From Actinomycetota bacterium (GTDB taxonomy: Bacteria > Actinomycetota > UBA4738 > HRBIN12): a stretch of DNA of 64,000 nt. Each line of letters begins with the position of its first letter. Position 1 is the first letter of the stretch. This document shows positions 61,928 through 64,000 of the stretch, one piece after another. A program made the position numbers and the translations under genes. Location: NCBI GenBank assembly GCA_035288045.1, contig DATEBA010000023.1, positions 3,356 to 67,355 of the forward strand, read 5' to 3'. Under the pieces are notes generated by a model. It was given only the letters and a program-made list of their open reading frames with translations, did no database searches and was not told the origin of the DNA.

Positions 61928-63337
61928 CTAGTCGCTGCGCCCCTCGCGGCGCTTCAGGTCCTGGAGGATCGCCTCGAGGGAGACGTCTTCTTCCTCCTCC
62001 GCCGGGATCGCCGGAGGGACCTCTTCCGCGGTGGGCTCTGGGCCCGCTTCGGGCTCCGAAGCCGGCTCGGGAACCGCTTCCGGGGCCTCGGCGACTTGCG
62101 CGGGCGCCTCGACTACCTCCTCGACTACCTCCTCCACTACCTCCTCCACGGCGGCCGGAGGAGCCTCCGCGACCGACGTCTCCGCGGCGGCGATCGCGGC
62201 CGCGTCCGGCTCCGGCGCCTGCGCGCCCGGCTCCTGCTCGGACGCGACCTCCGACTCCGGAGCGATCTCGGGCACGATCTCGGCTATGGGCTCGCTAACG
62301 ACCTCGGCTAGGTCCCCGGCCTGCCGCATCGACAGGCTGACGCGGCGCCGGGAGACGTCGACCTCGATCACCTTGGCCCGGACCTCGGTTCCGACCGAGA
62401 GCACCTGCTCGGGTGACTCGACGTGCTGGTCGGAGAGCTCCGAGATGTGCACCAGCCCTTCGACCCCGGGGGCCACGCGAACGAACGCGCCAAACGGAAC
62501 GAGCTTCGTGACCTGACCGGCGATGATCTCGCCGGCCTGGTACTTGCGCTCGAACTCCTTCCACGGGTCCTCCTGGGTCGCCTTCAGCGACAGCGACACG
62601 CGCTCGCGCTCCAGGTCAACGTCGAGGACCTCGACCTCGACCTCCTGGCCGACCGCGACGATCTCGCCCGGATGGTCGACGTGCTTCCACGAGAGCTCGG
62701 ACACGTGCACGAGGCCGTCGACCCCGCCGAGGTCGACGAACGCGCCGAAGTTGACGATGGAGCTCACCGTTCCCTTGCGGCGCTCGCCCTTCTGAAGCGA
62801 CTCGAGGAACTTCTTGCGGCCCTCGCTCTGCGACTCCTCGAGGAACGCGCGGCGAGACAGGACGACGTTGTTCCGGTTGCGGTCGAGCTCGATGATCTTG
62901 CACTCGAGCTCGGTCCCGACGAACGGCTGGAGATCGCGGACGCGGCGCAGGTCGACGAGGGACGCCGGCAGGAACCCGCGGAGACCGATGTCGAGGATCA
63001 GCCCGCCCTTCACGACCTCGATGACCGGACCCTTGATCGTCTGGCCCGACGCCATGACCTCCTCGATCCGGCCCCAGGCGCGCTCGTACTGCGCGCGCTT
63101 CTTGGAGAGGATCAGGCGGCCCTCCTTGTCCTCCTTCTGGAGCACGAGAGCCTCGATATGGTCGCCGACCTTCACCACCTGGGAGGGGTCGACGTCGTGG
63201 CGGATCGACAGCTCCTTCGAGGGGATCACGCCCTCGGACTTGTAGCCGATGTCCAGGAGGACCTCGTCCCGATCGATCTTGACGATCTCGCCTTCCAGGA
63301 TGTCCCCCTCCTTGAAGTCGCGGAGGGAGGCCTCCAT
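61928..63337 (-). CDS. rpsA: 30S ribosomal protein S1
   Basis: ORF 469 aa. Four S1 domains (…GDILEGEIVKIDRDEVLLDIGYKSEGVIP…) and an acidic C-terminal tail. The conserved S1 N-terminus continues in frame upstream to an ATA codon at 63392-63394, which is preceded by GGAAGGGG. The true start is probably there (see findings). Confidence 0.85.
   Translation of the reverse strand: MEASLRDFKEGDILEGEIVKIDRDEVLLDIGYKSEGVIPSKELSIRHDVDPSQVVKVGDHIEALVLQKEDKEGRLILSKKRAQYERAWGRIEEVMASGQTIKGPVIEVVKGGLILDIGLRGFLPASLVDLRRVRDLQPFVGTELECKIIELDRNRNNVVLSRRAFLEESQSEGRKKFLESLQKGERRKGTVSSIVNFGAFVDLGGVDGLVHVSELSWKHVDHPGEIVAVGQEVEVEVLDVDLERERVSLSLKATQEDPWKEFERKYQAGEIIAGQVTKLVPFGAFVRVAPGVEGLVHISELSDQHVESPEQVLSVGTEVRAKVIEVDVSRRRVSLSMRQAGDLAEVVSEPIAEIVPEIAPESEVASEQEPGAQAPEPDAAAIAAAETSVAEAPPAAVEEVVEEVVEEVVEAPAQVAEAPEAVPEPASEPEAGPEPTAEEVPPAIPAEEEEDVSLEAILQDLKRREGRSD
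62108..62143. repeat. 12-bp tandem repeat (x3) inside rpsA encoding EEVV repeats
   Basis: ctcgactacctc ctcgactacctc ctccactacctc on the plus strand, read as EEVVEEVVEEVVE in the RpsA acidic tail. Confidence 0.6.
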
Positions 63338-63525
63338 GGCTTCGATCAGCTCCTCGGGAGTGAGGTCGTCGGTCTTCTGCTCGTTGTCCGCTATGTCGGA
63401 TCAGCCCCTTCCTGCGCGCACGCCTCTCCCCACCACGCGAGGAGGTGGGCAGTGCCGTGCGGCCAGGAGATGGTAGTCGGGTGCCGGAAACTCCGTCAAT
63501 CGAACGCGCAGGTCAGAGGGGACCT

Positions 63526-64000
63526 TCAGTGCCCCTCGGGCGCGGCCTCGGCCCAGTTCGGCCCCCACCCGATGTCGGCTCGGAGGGGCACGGTGAGGTC
63601 GTACGCGTGCTCCATCCGATCGCGGACGAGCTCGGCGGCCTCCTCGACCCTTGCGGCCTCGACCTCGAAGACGAGCTCGTCGTGAACGGTGAGAAGCATC
63701 CGGCAGGCAGGCATCCGTTCCTCGAGCGCGCGGTCGACGGTGATCATCGCCAGCTTGAAGACGTCGCTCGCGCTCCCTTGGATCGGCGCGTTCAGCGCCT
63801 GGCGCCGGCCGAGGTCGCGGACGCGGGGGTTCGCGGCTTGGAGTTCGGGGATGTACCGGCGCCGGCCGAGGAGCGTCTCGGTGAAGCCCTCCGCGGCCGC
63901 CCGTGCCACCTGCCTGTCCAGGTATTCGCGGATGCTCGGGAACCCCTCGAAGTAGGCGTCCATGATCTCCTGAGCCTCGTCGGGAGCGATCTCGAGCCTC
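63526..64000 (-). CDS. polA: DNA polymerase I, C-terminal end (gene continues beyond window)
   Basis: ORF 63526..63963 plus further sequence to the window edge. RRRYIPELQAANPRVR...NAPIQGSASD...LLTVHDELVFE is polymerase motif C with the conserved QVHDEL-like region. Confidence 0.85.
   Translation of the reverse strand, partial: RLEIAPDEAQEIMDAYFEGFPSIREYLDRQVARAAAEGFTETLLGRRRYIPELQAANPRVRDLGRRQALNAPIQGSASDVFKLAMITVDRALEERMPACRMLLTVHDELVFEVEAARVEEAAELVRDRMEHAYDLTVPLRADIGWGPNWAEAAPEGH

Overview
High-GC (~70%) actinobacterial chromosome segment, read from the sequence and the ORF track alone. No database search or alignment was run, and family names rest on recalled motifs and recalled Mycobacterium/Thermus homologue sequences. 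Nearly everything is on the minus strand. Gene order matches the mycobacterial helY-tatC-tatA-pafCBA...prcAB-pup-dop-arc region and the uvrC-rapZ...gap-pgk-tpi-secG region.

Main content, in coordinate order:
- helY-like Ski2 helicase, 3' end off the window.
- A tatA/tatC pair with a small, possibly TatB-like membrane protein next to it.
- A complete Pup-proteasome cluster: arc, dop, pup (C-terminus GGE), prcB, prcA, pafA, pafB, pafC. pafA is separated from pafBC by three plus-strand genes (DUF3866-like, DUF202-like, alpha/beta hydrolase).
- trmI translationally coupled to an unusual ThiS/MoaD-like domain fused to a TtuA-type tRNA 2-thiolase.
- An HtrA protease.
- A tetrahydrofolate (THF) demethylation cluster: two GcvT-family paralogs, metF, a Cys-rich MTHFR-C protein, and an oxygenase alpha-subunit homologue that has lost its Rieske domain.
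- A likely decayed accessory segment: excisionase-like HTH, SDR, CPBP protease, lipoprotein, multiply frameshifted acyltransferase-3 pseudogene, ABM monooxygenase, a ~540 bp noncoding stretch, tRNA-Leu(GAG).
- secG, a five-gene Opp/Dpp-type peptide ABC operon, apgM-tpiA-pgk-gap, rapZ, uvrC.
- A beta-propeller+cupredoxin lipoprotein, uvrA, divergent chrA, a DinB_2 protein, uvrB.
- A polar amino acid ABC system with two binding proteins, then coaE, rpsA and the polA C-terminus.

Most notable observations:
- The TtuB-TtuA-like fusion with trmI, sitting beside the Pup system.
- Matching TGTC[G/T]-N11-TACAAT promoters 6-7 nt upstream of GTG starts of uvrA and uvrB, in the same window as pafBC.
- The Rieske-less oxygenase homologue inside the THF demethylase cluster.
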